Shown: positions 27,026 to 35,859 of the stretch, piece after piece
How positions within the stretch are numbered: the stretch's first letter is position 1
Layout of the letters: every line of letters starts with the position of its first letter
NCBI GenBank assembly: GCA_024279285.1
Contig: JAJRRR010000266.1
Span: 1 to 43,505 of the forward strand
Length of the DNA stretch: 43,505 nt
Direction: 5' to 3'
Source of the DNA: Planctomycetota bacterium
GTDB taxonomy: Bacteria > Planctomycetota > Planctomycetia > Pirellulales > S012-138
Notes under the pieces: model-generated
Databases searched by the model: none
Told to the model about the DNA's origin: nothing
What the model saw: the letters and a program-made list of their open reading frames with translations, nothing else
Position numbers and translations under genes: made by a program

Positions 27026-28089
27026 GGCTCTGGTGTCCGCGTGTCCCGAGGATGACACAAGTAAAACCACACACCAGGGTCAATTTCAAAATCAATCGTG
27101 CGGGCCGAGCCATCACACATGGCCGCCACGAGCCCCTGGGAATGGGAGCCTCCAAACCGAGCATGCGGATATGAAACAGTGGCTGTGTCCTTGGCAGGCC
27201 CCAGTAGCGCTCCCTTGCCACCGGTGCGCTCCAGTCGGGCCAGAAACCCCGTCGGATCCCGGCTCAGTTGCTCCCAAGCCTCAGCACTCAGAGGGCGCCG
27301 CATCACGCTCTCATGCCAAGGGCTGGCAAAGCCGAACCAATCTCCCGGGTGCCGAGTTCCAAGCAGCGTGCCGGGAATGTGTTTCTCGGCCACCAGCACG
27401 GTTTGAGAACGCCCGTCGGCAACAAACTCCCAGGTGCGAAGCTTGGCAGGACGACGGTACTGCCGACACACATTCACCGGCAGCAGAAGCGACTCTGTTC
27501 CCAAGTCCACCGCGGCAAAGTCGCTGGGCTGGTATTCCACTTGTCTTTGATCCCACTGGGCTACGAGGAGCCCTTGCCTGAAACGGCGCGAAGTGCAAAT
27601 CAACTGTGGCACCGGGCCGGCGATCAAGCAGCGCATTTGGGTCCGGTGCCACACATCACTCAGGTCCAGTTGCGGCAGGAGCTGAAAGCCCCAACCCAAG
27701 GGCTGCTCCAAGCCCAACAAAACCTGAACCTCCTCGTTCTGTTGGCGAAACCACCGCAGCCCTTGGCCCTGGAAATAGGCAGCTTGTTGAGCTTTCGGGT
27801 CCAGTTGGGGCCAGAATCCCGCTGTGGGCACAAACCCCCTTTGAAGCTCGTGCTGTTGGACCGCCTCGGCCAAAATGCCCAAATTGTGCAGACACCGCTT
27901 GTGCCTCGCCTCTTCTCGCTTGGTCCAAAGCGCAGAGAACAACAGTCCCAGCAGAACAACCACCAACAGCACTCCTCCCATCAGCACCCCAAAGACCGTC
28001 AAAAATACCAGAAGTTTTTCTCCCCTGACTCCAACTTCTGAAGGTGCCGAAGTGGGAGGGATCGGGGATTCGTCGGAGTGCTGATTCAT
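27022..28089 (-). CDS. DUF1559 domain protein (H-X9-DG), divergent, membrane-anchored
   Basis: REEARHKRCLHNL, GWGFQLLPQLD, DGRSQTVLVAEK, FGGSHSQGLVAAMCDGSAR. Confidence 0.85.
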   Translation of the reverse strand: MNQHSDESPIPPTSAPSEVGVRGEKLLVFLTVFGVLMGGVLLVVVLLGLLFSALWTKREEARHKRCLHNLGILAEAVQQHELQRGFVPTAGFWPQLDPKAQQAAYFQGQGLRWFRQQNEEVQVLLGLEQPLGWGFQLLPQLDLSDVWHRTQMRCLIAGPVPQLICTSRRFRQGLLVAQWDQRQVEYQPSDFAAVDLGTESLLLPVNVCRQYRRPAKLRTWEFVADGRSQTVLVAEKHIPGTLLGTRHPGDWFGFASPWHESVMRRPLSAEAWEQLSRDPTGFLARLERTGGKGALLGPAKDTATVSYPHARFGGSHSQGLVAAMCDGSARTIDFEIDPGVWFYLCHPRDTRTPEP

Positions 28090-28219
28090 CGTCCCTTACC
28101 TTGGCCGGGAAAATCCTCCAAAAACTACTCTCCCTCTGCCGAATTATAGCGAAGCCTTTGGTTACCAGCCGCGAGGACTTTTTCCAACGCCTTCTGGTTC
28201 CTACTTTCCAATCTCCCTC

Positions 28220-28483
28220 GGCGAGCCCGAAGCTTTCCAGCCGCGTGCCGAAACTTGGCGAGCCCCGGACTTCAGTCCGGGGAAAGCCAAAAGACACGCT
28301 GGTTCGCCGTGTTTCTCCGCCGGCTCAAGCCGGCGGCTCGCCGGTTGCAAGAATAGACGTTTGTGCTTGCTCCGGAGCAGAATCTCCGCCGCTAGTCGCA
28401 AGCCGCGTGCCGAGCCGGAGCGGAAGCTCCTCGTGGCTGACACGGCACTGCCGTCCTCCCATGGCTGAAGCTATGGGCTCGCC
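28220..28483. repeat. Cluster of 26-bp REP-like palindromes (REPIN/BIME-like)
   Basis: + GGCGAG CCCCGGAC TTCA GTCCGGGG (28257-28282); - GGCGAG CCGCCGGC TTGA GCCGGCGG (28342-28317); - GGCGAG CCCATAGC TTCA GCCATGGG (28483-28458); decayed copy starting at 28220. Confidence 0.8.
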
Positions 28484-28498
28484 CGGTGGATTTGCCCG

Positions 28499-28602
28499 CA
28501 CGCCTCAACTCGCCAACTGCGCGTCGAAACAAGAATCCACGCCGATCTTCACGCGCCGCAGGTCGCAGGACGCGGGTCGCAAGTCGCGAGTCGCGTCCTG
28601 CG
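28499..28602 (-). repeat. Dispersed heptamer+core element, copy D
   Basis: On -: heptamer array, core GGCGTGGATTCTTGTTTCGACGC (28543-28521), then AGGCGTG (28505-28499); the array also forms the hairpin CGCAGGACGCG / CGCGTCCTGCG. Confidence 0.8.
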
Positions 28603-28645
28603 TTTGGCGGGGGCTGATTTTTCTAGCTCCCGGCAAAACCCTACA

Positions 28646-30748
28646 ATGAGCACAGGCACGCCTTGGACCAAGACCATGAACCCTCGCACTAAGTCGCCGC
28701 TCCAGTTGCCGTTGACCAGTCTTCGGGGCATTGGGCCTCAAAAAGCAAGGCTCTTTGCCCAACTGGGTCTGCGCACACTTCAGCATGTGTTGTTTTACTT
28801 TCCTCGGGACTACGAAGATTGGACTCGCCGCATCCCATTGGGCAAGCTCCAGCCAGGACAAGAGGCTTTGGCCTTGGGACGCGTGGTGGATGTGGATCAA
28901 CGGGGCACGGGGCTGGGCAAACGCGTGGTAGAGCTGTTGGTGGAAGACGACACGGGTGTGCTTCGGGCCGTGTGGTTCAACACCGACTATGTGCTGCGCG
29001 TGGTTCGGCTGGGCGATTGGATCGCCTTGCAAGGCAAAGTGCGGCGCGGTCCACACGGCATGCTGGAAATGGCTCATCCCCGCGTGGAACGCATCGCCGA
29101 TCCCCAGCACCATCAGGGCCGCATCGTGCCGGTCTATCGGCTCTGCCAGGGACTGCGCCAAAGCGATGTGCAGCTTGCCGTGCGAAGCGCCTTAAGGGCC
29201 GCCGCAGGGCAGTTGGAAGACGCCTTGCCTGAGCCGTTCCGGCAACAGAAAGGACTGGTGGGCATTCAAGAAGCTTTGGAACAGATTCACTTTCCCGACG
29301 ACTATGTGCGGCTCCAACAGGCCAGACGACGATTGGTTTATCAGGAGTTGTTGGTGCTTCAGCTTGCCGTGCAGTTGCACCGGCAGCGACTTCAGCAGGA
29401 GCAGAGTGTGCCGCTGGAGGTGACCGATAAGATTGATGGCCGAATTCGGCGGCTGTTCCCTTTTCGGCTCACAGCGGGCCAGGAAGAGGCTGTGGCTCAG
29501 ATCCGGCGTGATCTGGCCCGATCGTTTCCCATGCACCGGCTTCTTCAAGGCGATGTGGGCAGTGGGAAGACGGTGGTGGCGGTGTATGCCATGCTGGTGG
29601 CCGTGGCTCACGGCTATCAGGCCGCGCTGATGGTTCCCACCGAAATTCTGGCCCAACAGCACTATCAGACCCTTCGGCGACTACTGGCCCGAAGCCGTGT
29701 GCGGCTGGAGTTGGTCTCCGGCCAACAAAGCCGCAAAGAGCGCAAGGAACTGCTGGGACGCATCAAAGCCGGCATGGTGGACCTGGTGGTGGGCACGCAA
29801 GCGCTGATCCAAGAAGATGTGCGGTTTGCCAAATTGGCCGTGGTGGTGATAGACGAACAACACAAGTTTGGAGTGCGTCAGCGAGCCCGATTGCAACAAG
29901 CCGGTCCTTGGCACCCTCACTACCTGGTGATGACCGCTACTCCCATTCCTCGGACTTTGCTCCTGACCCAATTCGGCGATTTGGATGTCTCGCTTCTGCG
30001 CGACATGCCCCCGGGAAGACAGAAAGTCCACACCTATTGGGTGGCCGAAGATCAACGCCAGCAGTGGTGGGAATTCGTCCGCAAAAAACTGGACCAAGGC
30101 CGCCAGGGATATGTGGTTGTGCCTCGGGTTCAGGGAGGATCGGTGCCCAGTGTGCAACAAGTGCTCCAACAGTTGCAGCACGGTCCCTTGAAAGGCTACC
30201 AGGTGGAAGCCATTCACGGCCGACTGCCTTCGGTCCAAAAGCAACAAATCATGCAACGCTTCGTCCAGGGGCAGACTCAAGTGCTGGTTTGCACCACAGC
30301 CATTGAAGTGGGCGTGGATGTGCCCAACGCCACCGTGTTGACCATTGAGCATGGGCATTTGTTTGGTTTGGCCCAACTTCACCAGCTTCGGGGACGGATA
30401 GGTCGGGGGCGTCATGTGGGCTACTGTGGAGTGTTTGCCCGAGCCGACACTCCCGAAGCCCAACAACGCCTGGAAGCCTTCGTGCAAATTCAGGATGGAT
30501 TCCAACTAGCCGAAGTGGATTTTCGCCTCCGAGGGCCAGGCAACATGCTGGGCACTGAGCAGCACGGGCAAGCTCCTCTATACATTGCCCGATTGCCCGA
30601 GGATCAGCCTTGGCTGGAACAAGCCCGAGAGGATGCCCAAGCCTTGTTGGCGCAAGACCCTCGGCTTCAAGACCCTCGTTGGGACCGACTGCGCCACTTG
30701 GTGCTTCGCCGCTATGGGGAAGTGATGGACTTAAGCCATGTGGGCTAG
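28646..30748 (+). CDS. recG: ATP-dependent DNA helicase RecG
   Basis: LQGDVGSGKT, DEQH, MTATPIPRT, IEVGVDVPNA, QLHQLRGRIGR, TRG motif DGF.LAE.D..LRGPG; start is ATG 28646 or 28676. Confidence 0.97.
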   Translation: MSTGTPWTKTMNPRTKSPLQLPLTSLRGIGPQKARLFAQLGLRTLQHVLFYFPRDYEDWTRRIPLGKLQPGQEALALGRVVDVDQRGTGLGKRVVELLVEDDTGVLRAVWFNTDYVLRVVRLGDWIALQGKVRRGPHGMLEMAHPRVERIADPQHHQGRIVPVYRLCQGLRQSDVQLAVRSALRAAAGQLEDALPEPFRQQKGLVGIQEALEQIHFPDDYVRLQQARRRLVYQELLVLQLAVQLHRQRLQQEQSVPLEVTDKIDGRIRRLFPFRLTAGQEEAVAQIRRDLARSFPMHRLLQGDVGSGKTVVAVYAMLVAVAHGYQAALMVPTEILAQQHYQTLRRLLARSRVRLELVSGQQSRKERKELLGRIKAGMVDLVVGTQALIQEDVRFAKLAVVVIDEQHKFGVRQRARLQQAGPWHPHYLVMTATPIPRTLLLTQFGDLDVSLLRDMPPGRQKVHTYWVAEDQRQQWWEFVRKKLDQGRQGYVVVPRVQGGSVPSVQQVLQQLQHGPLKGYQVEAIHGRLPSVQKQQIMQRFVQGQTQVLVCTTAIEVGVDVPNATVLTIEHGHLFGLAQLHQLRGRIGRGRHVGYCGVFARADTPEAQQRLEAFVQIQDGFQLAEVDFRLRGPGNMLGTEQHGQAPLYIARLPEDQPWLEQAREDAQALLAQDPRLQDPRWDRLRHLVLRRYGEVMDLSHVG

Positions 30749-31626
30749 TGAAGCTCTTGCTCCAGCTTCTGCCATGCCCAAGCCAGGGCTTCTACCAGAT
30801 CGGAGGCGGTCATGGCCACTTGGCCCCAGTGGACAGCCGCCAAATCGCCGGCTTTGCCATGGACGAAGGTGGCCAATCGGGCGGCTGGGTAGGGGGGCCA
30901 ACCTTGGGCCAGCAACGCTCCCAACACTCCCGTGAGCACATCTCCACTGCCTCCGGTGGCCATGCCTGGGTTGCCGGTCAAGTTCTGGCTTATTTGCTGA
31001 CCGTCGCAGATCAAGGTGCGGTGGCCTTTGAGCACCACGACGGCCTTCCATGCCCGAGCTAGTTGAGCCACCAGGGTGCAGCGTTGGGCAAGCACTTCGC
31101 GGGTGCTGTGGCCACAGAGTCGGGCAAACTCGCCAGGGTGCGGGGTCAGCACCCGAGGAGCCGGAGCCCGAAGCGGACCAGACAGTTGAGCCAATGCGTT
31201 CAAACCGTCGGCATCCACGACCATAGGGAGAGCGATTTTGGTATAGAGCATGGAGACCAATTGGGTCAGGCCAGGGCTTTGTCCCAAGCCCGGTCCCAGG
31301 GCCACTGCGGTGGCTCGGGCAAGCAACGGCTCCAATTGTTCCAAGGCGTTTGGGGTCAGGCGTCCCTGGGAATCGCAAGCCAAGGGCCAGACCATCATGG
31401 CCGGTTCTTGAGCAGCCACGGGGGGATAGATGGCCTGGGGGACAGCTACTGAAACCAACCCGGTTCCACTTCGCAAAGCTGCCCGAGCTGCCAGTACCAC
31501 CGCTCCGGCCAGACCTTGGCTCCCCCCCACCACAAGCAAATGGCCAAAGTGCCCCTTGTGGCTTTCCGGCTCCCGAGGCTTGAGCCTTGGCACGGGCGTA
31601 TGGTCCCAAGGCACCGGATCGCTCAC
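30745..31626 (-). CDS. nnrD: ADP/ATP-dependent NAD(P)H-hydrate dehydratase (stand-alone YjeF C-terminal domain)
   Basis: HKGHFG.LLVVGGS, GPGLG, VVDADGLN, LTPHPGEFARL, VLKG, GNPGMATGGSGDVLTG; GTG at 31626 with AAGGAG SD overlapping the larB stop. Confidence 0.93.
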   Translation of the reverse strand: MSDPVPWDHTPVPRLKPREPESHKGHFGHLLVVGGSQGLAGAVVLAARAALRSGTGLVSVAVPQAIYPPVAAQEPAMMVWPLACDSQGRLTPNALEQLEPLLARATAVALGPGLGQSPGLTQLVSMLYTKIALPMVVDADGLNALAQLSGPLRAPAPRVLTPHPGEFARLCGHSTREVLAQRCTLVAQLARAWKAVVVLKGHRTLICDGQQISQNLTGNPGMATGGSGDVLTGVLGALLAQGWPPYPAARLATFVHGKAGDLAAVHWGQVAMTASDLVEALAWAWQKLEQELH

Positions 31627-32417
31627 TGCGTGTTCTCCTTGGAAGCAGCCGAGGAAGGGGAATTGCAGGAAGGAGTTTGTCGGGCAATCATGGCTGCCAA
31701 ATATCCGGCTTTGAACCCGGCATCTATGTTTACCACGCACACATTGGGCGCGCAACTGTTGAGCATGGTCAGCAACGGGGCCCAACCTGCAAGATGGACT
31801 CCGTAGCCCACGCTGGTGGGAACCGCTACCACCGGCACGCGTACCAGTCCCCCGACTACGCTTGGCAAGGCTCCCTCCATACCGGCGGCGACCACCACAG
31901 CTTGGGCCTGAAGGAGCTGAGGCAAGTGAGCCACGATGCGTTGAGGGCCAGCCACACCGACATCGGCGATCAGTTGGGCCGAAGCTCCCATCCACAGGGC
32001 GGTTTGCAGGGCTTCGTAGGCCACCGGTAAATCGGCCGTTCCGGCCGCAACGACCACAATCGGCCCGCATCGCACCTCACACCGACCCAAGCGAAAAGTT
32101 CGCCCCGGGGCGTGGTACTCCCCCTGGGGAAAGCGCTTATGCAACTCTTGGGCCTGTTGGGGCGAGACTCGGGTGGCCAAGGCGGTGCCGTGCTGATTGA
32201 CCAGTCGGGAAAAAATCTCGCACACCTGCTGGACCGTCTTGCCTTGGGCAAACACCACCTCCGGCCACCCACAACGCACAGGGCGATCCAGGTCCAGTTG
32301 GGCGTCCTCCCCAAGCGAAGCCACTCCGGCGGTCGCCACCTGGGCCAAAAACTGGCTCCACGACCATCCCTGCTGTTGAGCCTGTTCAATCAATCTCGCT
32401 ACCTGCTGCCAGTCCAT
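31623..32417 (-). CDS. larB: Nickel-pincer cofactor biosynthesis protein LarB (PurE-like)
   Basis: LDLDR..RCG.PEVVFAQGKT, AGTADLPVA.EA, DVGVAG, AGMEGALPSVVGGL, AVPTSVGYG, MLNSCA...VVNIDAGF. Confidence 0.93.
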   Translation of the reverse strand: MDWQQVARLIEQAQQQGWSWSQFLAQVATAGVASLGEDAQLDLDRPVRCGWPEVVFAQGKTVQQVCEIFSRLVNQHGTALATRVSPQQAQELHKRFPQGEYHAPGRTFRLGRCEVRCGPIVVVAAGTADLPVAYEALQTALWMGASAQLIADVGVAGPQRIVAHLPQLLQAQAVVVAAGMEGALPSVVGGLVRVPVVAVPTSVGYGVHLAGWAPLLTMLNSCAPNVCVVNIDAGFKAGYLAAMIARQTPSCNSPSSAASKENTQ

Positions 32418-32491
32418 CACAAGCTCTCAACCAAAGTGGCGAGGGTTTGGTTTTTTCTTCCAAACAGGGAAACACACCGTTTGCCAAACCG

Positions 32492-34084
32492 CTAGGAGAG
32501 TTCCTCCGGCACCAAAGGATCGTGCTGCAAAGGGTCCAGGGGAAACACCGGCCGACGCAGTCTTTGGAAAGGGAATCGCTCCAAACGGCTGGAGCACGGC
32601 CCCGGTGTGTCCACCGTAAAGCTGGCCGCAGCGATGGGATCGTAAGCCCGACGATGTGCCACGGCCGCCTTGACCACCACAAAGCGACGCTCCCGAGGCT
32701 CAATCCCCTGACTGCGCAACTGGCCCAAGTCAAACGGAGGTGTTTTCCGCGAAGTGATCAACAGCCACACATTCCCTCGTCGCACCACCAGGCAGCGGCC
32801 CATGTCCACCTCCAGACCATTCAACGCCGCCAAGTGGCTGTGGGAATCTTCCAGGCGAAATCGCCCATTGGTCTTCCGCACAAGTTCCACTTCCATCACA
32901 AGCGGTGGAGAGCAAAGCTCAGGGGCCGACAAAGCGTGCCCGCGGCTGGTTGCTTGCGACGCAGGAGAACTCTTGTGATGGTCTTCTCCGTTGGGGTTTT
33001 GTTCCTTCCCGGGACCCAAATGGATGGTGAATCGTTCCCCTGGCTGGTAGTTCCAGCCGTGTTGCACAGCCAGAGGGTCGTTGATCACGGCGGCCAGGTC
33101 GTCCACTCCCTGCTCCAGCAAGGCACGCACCACGGCGGTGCTGTTGCCCGGTGCTCCCCCACCGATGTTGTCCGAAGGCTCCACGATAACCACCGGTCGG
33201 CCCGGCTGGGCCAGAATCTGGGGAAGCATTTCTTCCAAAGAAGGTGGAACCCGATTCCCTTGGTGCCGCATTTTCCAAGCCATTTGGGCCAGGTGGCGAA
33301 GCTCCCGATGCAGCTTTTCTGCATCGGCAAATGCCACCGCTGAAAAGCTCACGCCGGTCCAATAAGTGTCGGCAAACGAGTATCCCCCCAGCACATTCAC
33401 CTCCGTGCCGGGAGCGTGGCTTTGGGCAATGCGTTGGGCTTGCTGGACCAGGCTGCGCATCGGTTCTTCGGCAGTGGCCGTGCCGGTGGGAGGCCAGAGG
33501 ATAGAGGTGGGCTGCCAGAGATACTGGGGCTGTTGCCCAGTGGAAAAAATCCGCTGCAACAGCTCCACCGCCCGATGGCCGGTTTGAGCCGCATCAGTAT
33601 GAGGATTGCAACGATAAGCCACCAGAGCCGTGGTCCATCGGGCCATCTCTTGGCTATGGTTGGCATGCAAGTCCAGCACTCCCACCACGGGACGCTGCTT
33701 CCAACCGGGCAGTTGCCGCAGCCGACGCAGCACTTCGCCTTCCACATCTTCGTAGCTTTCAGAAACCATGGCTCCGTGTAGCACCAACAAAGCTCCGTCC
33801 AGCCTGGGGTGCTGTTCGGTGGTGCGTTGCAGATGCTGCCAGAACAATTCCACCACTTCGTCGGCGACGGTGGCGCTGGGGGTGGCCCGAGCGTCCAGGG
33901 CCGGGACCCATTGCCAGCCCAACTCCCGACCCCGCTCCAACGCCGTTCCCAACGGCGACCCGTCCCCCAGGGCATCCAATACCTCCGCTCCCCGGCGAAT
34001 CTGAAACTGCTCCAACAGAGTCGTTTCGCCCAAGAAGGTATGGGTCTCGTGACACAATCCGGCAACGAGCACTCGGGGAGCCAT
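32492..34084 (-). CDS. M81 family (MlrC-like) metallo-amidohydrolase
   Basis: HETHTF, LHGAM, DVEGE, LDLHAN, PHTD, DNIGGGAPG, VVKAA; start at MAPRV (34084). Confidence 0.9.
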   Translation of the reverse strand: MAPRVLVAGLCHETHTFLGETTLLEQFQIRRGAEVLDALGDGSPLGTALERGRELGWQWVPALDARATPSATVADEVVELFWQHLQRTTEQHPRLDGALLVLHGAMVSESYEDVEGEVLRRLRQLPGWKQRPVVGVLDLHANHSQEMARWTTALVAYRCNPHTDAAQTGHRAVELLQRIFSTGQQPQYLWQPTSILWPPTGTATAEEPMRSLVQQAQRIAQSHAPGTEVNVLGGYSFADTYWTGVSFSAVAFADAEKLHRELRHLAQMAWKMRHQGNRVPPSLEEMLPQILAQPGRPVVIVEPSDNIGGGAPGNSTAVVRALLEQGVDDLAAVINDPLAVQHGWNYQPGERFTIHLGPGKEQNPNGEDHHKSSPASQATSRGHALSAPELCSPPLVMEVELVRKTNGRFRLEDSHSHLAALNGLEVDMGRCLVVRRGNVWLLITSRKTPPFDLGQLRSQGIEPRERRFVVVKAAVAHRRAYDPIAAASFTVDTPGPCSSRLERFPFQRLRRPVFPLDPLQHDPLVPEELS

Positions 34085-34125
34085 GACCGTTTCCAAGCTA
34101 GGTCTTCCGGGGGAGAACGATTGCA

Positions 34126-35427
34126 CTAAAGCTGCTTGAGCACATCATAAGCGATTTGGGCAGCTTGTTGGATGTGTTGAGGCTCATGGGCGGCTGAGAG
34201 ATACCAGATGCCTCGCCCAATCAGCCGCACGCCCCGGTCGTGCATACCGGCAACAAATCGGGCATATTTCTTCACATCGTAGCGAAGACATTCGCGCAAA
34301 TCGCGTACCTTCTCCAGTGGAGTGAACCCGGCATGAAACACTGCTCCTGGTCCTTGAACCAGCATCGGATGTCCTGCCCGATGGGAAACTTCCCGCAACA
34401 GCTCCATCAGCTCCTGGCCCAAGCGGTGCAGGCGATCCGGCACTTGCTGTTCCCGAAGCACCTTCAAGGTGGCCAAAGCCGCCGCCACCGAGGGCACTCC
34501 GGAGTTCATCGTTCCGGCGTGGATCACGGTTCCCTGGGCCAGAAGCTCCATCAGTTCCGTTTTTCCGGCCAGCACGCTGATGGGAAACCCATTGGCCAAC
34601 GCTTTGCCAAACACGGCAAGGTCCGGCGTCACACCCAACAGGGCTTGCGCCCCTCCCAAATGGACCCGAAAACCGGTTATCACTTCGTCAAAGATCAACA
34701 CAACCTGGTGCTTGGTGCACCAGCGGCGCAGTTGTTCCAGAAAGCCCGGTTCGGGAGGAATGCATCCGTTGTTGCACATCACTGGCTCGCAAATCACGGC
34801 GGCCAGTTGCGAAGCGTGCCGATCAAGCAGAGGGAAAACTACCTCCGGGCGATTCCAAGGCAAGATGAGCAGGTCTTGGGCCAGATGATCCGGCACACCC
34901 TGACTCCAGGGCACTGCCTGGGGGGCCTCCACCGGCCCTAGCTCCCCCTGCTGGCCGCTGATGCTCCAAGCCACATTGTCCAGCCAGCCGTGGTAGTGGC
35001 CTTCGAACTTGGCCACTCGGGTGCGTCCACTCCAGGCTCGGGCCAGACGCAGCGCGGCATGGACCGCTTCGCTGCCCGAGAGGGAAAACCGCACGCGTTG
35101 GGCACATGGGACAAGCTGGACCACCTGGCGGGCAAGCTCCACCTCTTCCAGGTGCCCGCCAGCATAAAGCTGCCCTTGGCGTGTGAAGTGCTCCACCTGG
35201 CGGAGCACTTCCGGATGGCTGTGGCCCAGGATCAGCGGCCCCTGGCTGAGCGTGAAGTCCAGATAGCGGTTCCCGTCCAAGTCCCAAATCCACGGACCTT
35301 CGGCCCGAGTGTAAAACAACGGATGCGGATACCCGTAACGCCGAAACTGACTAGAAACCCCTCCGGCGAGCACCTGTTGGGCTTGCTGGAACAGTTGGGC
35401 CGAGCGCTCGTAGGTGTACGGTGGCAT
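34126..35427 (-). CDS. Class-III PLP aminotransferase (glutamate-1-semialdehyde aminomutase-like paralog)
   Basis: GGVSS, WDLDGNRYLD, LGHSHP, SGSEA, FEGHYHG, IFDEVITGFR, FGKALANGFP, HAGT; ATG 35427 with GAGGAG SD. Confidence 0.9.
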   Translation of the reverse strand: MPPYTYERSAQLFQQAQQVLAGGVSSQFRRYGYPHPLFYTRAEGPWIWDLDGNRYLDFTLSQGPLILGHSHPEVLRQVEHFTRQGQLYAGGHLEEVELARQVVQLVPCAQRVRFSLSGSEAVHAALRLARAWSGRTRVAKFEGHYHGWLDNVAWSISGQQGELGPVEAPQAVPWSQGVPDHLAQDLLILPWNRPEVVFPLLDRHASQLAAVICEPVMCNNGCIPPEPGFLEQLRRWCTKHQVVLIFDEVITGFRVHLGGAQALLGVTPDLAVFGKALANGFPISVLAGKTELMELLAQGTVIHAGTMNSGVPSVAAALATLKVLREQQVPDRLHRLGQELMELLREVSHRAGHPMLVQGPGAVFHAGFTPLEKVRDLRECLRYDVKKYARFVAGMHDRGVRLIGRGIWYLSAAHEPQHIQQAAQIAYDVLKQL

Positions 35428-35456
35428 GAGCTTCTCCTCTTGAAGCGACAAGGGGC

Positions 35457-35462
35457 ATTATA
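35457..35462 (-). promoter_or_regulatory. Consensus -10 hexamer upstream of the aminotransferase operon
   Basis: TATAAT on - strand 30 nt upstream of ATG 35427; -35 is weak. Confidence 0.45.
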
Positions 35463-35859
35463 AGCCTTACCGCTTCGGTGGCGAGCACTTGGGCAGTAGG
35501 GCCTGCCAAGATTTTGTTTTGCCATGTGCACAGCATGTGGGGGGAGTTTTAGCACTCAGCCCCCGGTAGGGTGCAACCTTGCCCACCGAGCCTCCGCTCT
35601 GGCAACTAAGACCGCCGGTGGTTGAAGGAAACCAGAGCCGACGAAGAACGACCAGAAAGGCTGGGCAGGCTTGCCCCCTGGGGTCTAAAAATCCTCGCTG
35701 GCTGGAAGTTCTGTGAGGCGATTAAGTGGGCAATTTGCCCTTGGCGCGGCTATGGCTTTTTTCTTCACTTTGAGCCTCATCCACGGCCCTCTGTGAGTGA
35801 TCGGGGCATCCGGAGCCGGAAGGATCACCGGACTCGTGTGAGTTTGGGGCTAGCCGAGC

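Noticed and set aside
28220-28602. CRISPR array or IS200/IS605 element
   Set aside because: Palindromes differ in sequence and orientation, spacing is irregular, and no cas, tnpA or tnpB gene is present; treated as REP-like repeats
31627-32070. Apparent N-terminal extension of nnrD (possible NnrE fusion or frameshift)
   Set aside because: Overlaps larB in another frame, has no NnrE motifs, and a GTG with AAGGAG SD exists at 31626
34126-35427. Calling the aminotransferase hemL
   Set aside because: N-terminal signature deviates from GGVNSPVR and the context is not tetrapyrrole synthesis; left as class-III aminotransferase
35549-35577. CIRCE-like sequence TTAGCACTC-N11-GGGTGCAAC
   Set aside because: Left arm is perfect, but the spacer is 11 rather than 9 nt, the right arm matches only 6 of 9, and no chaperone gene is adjacent
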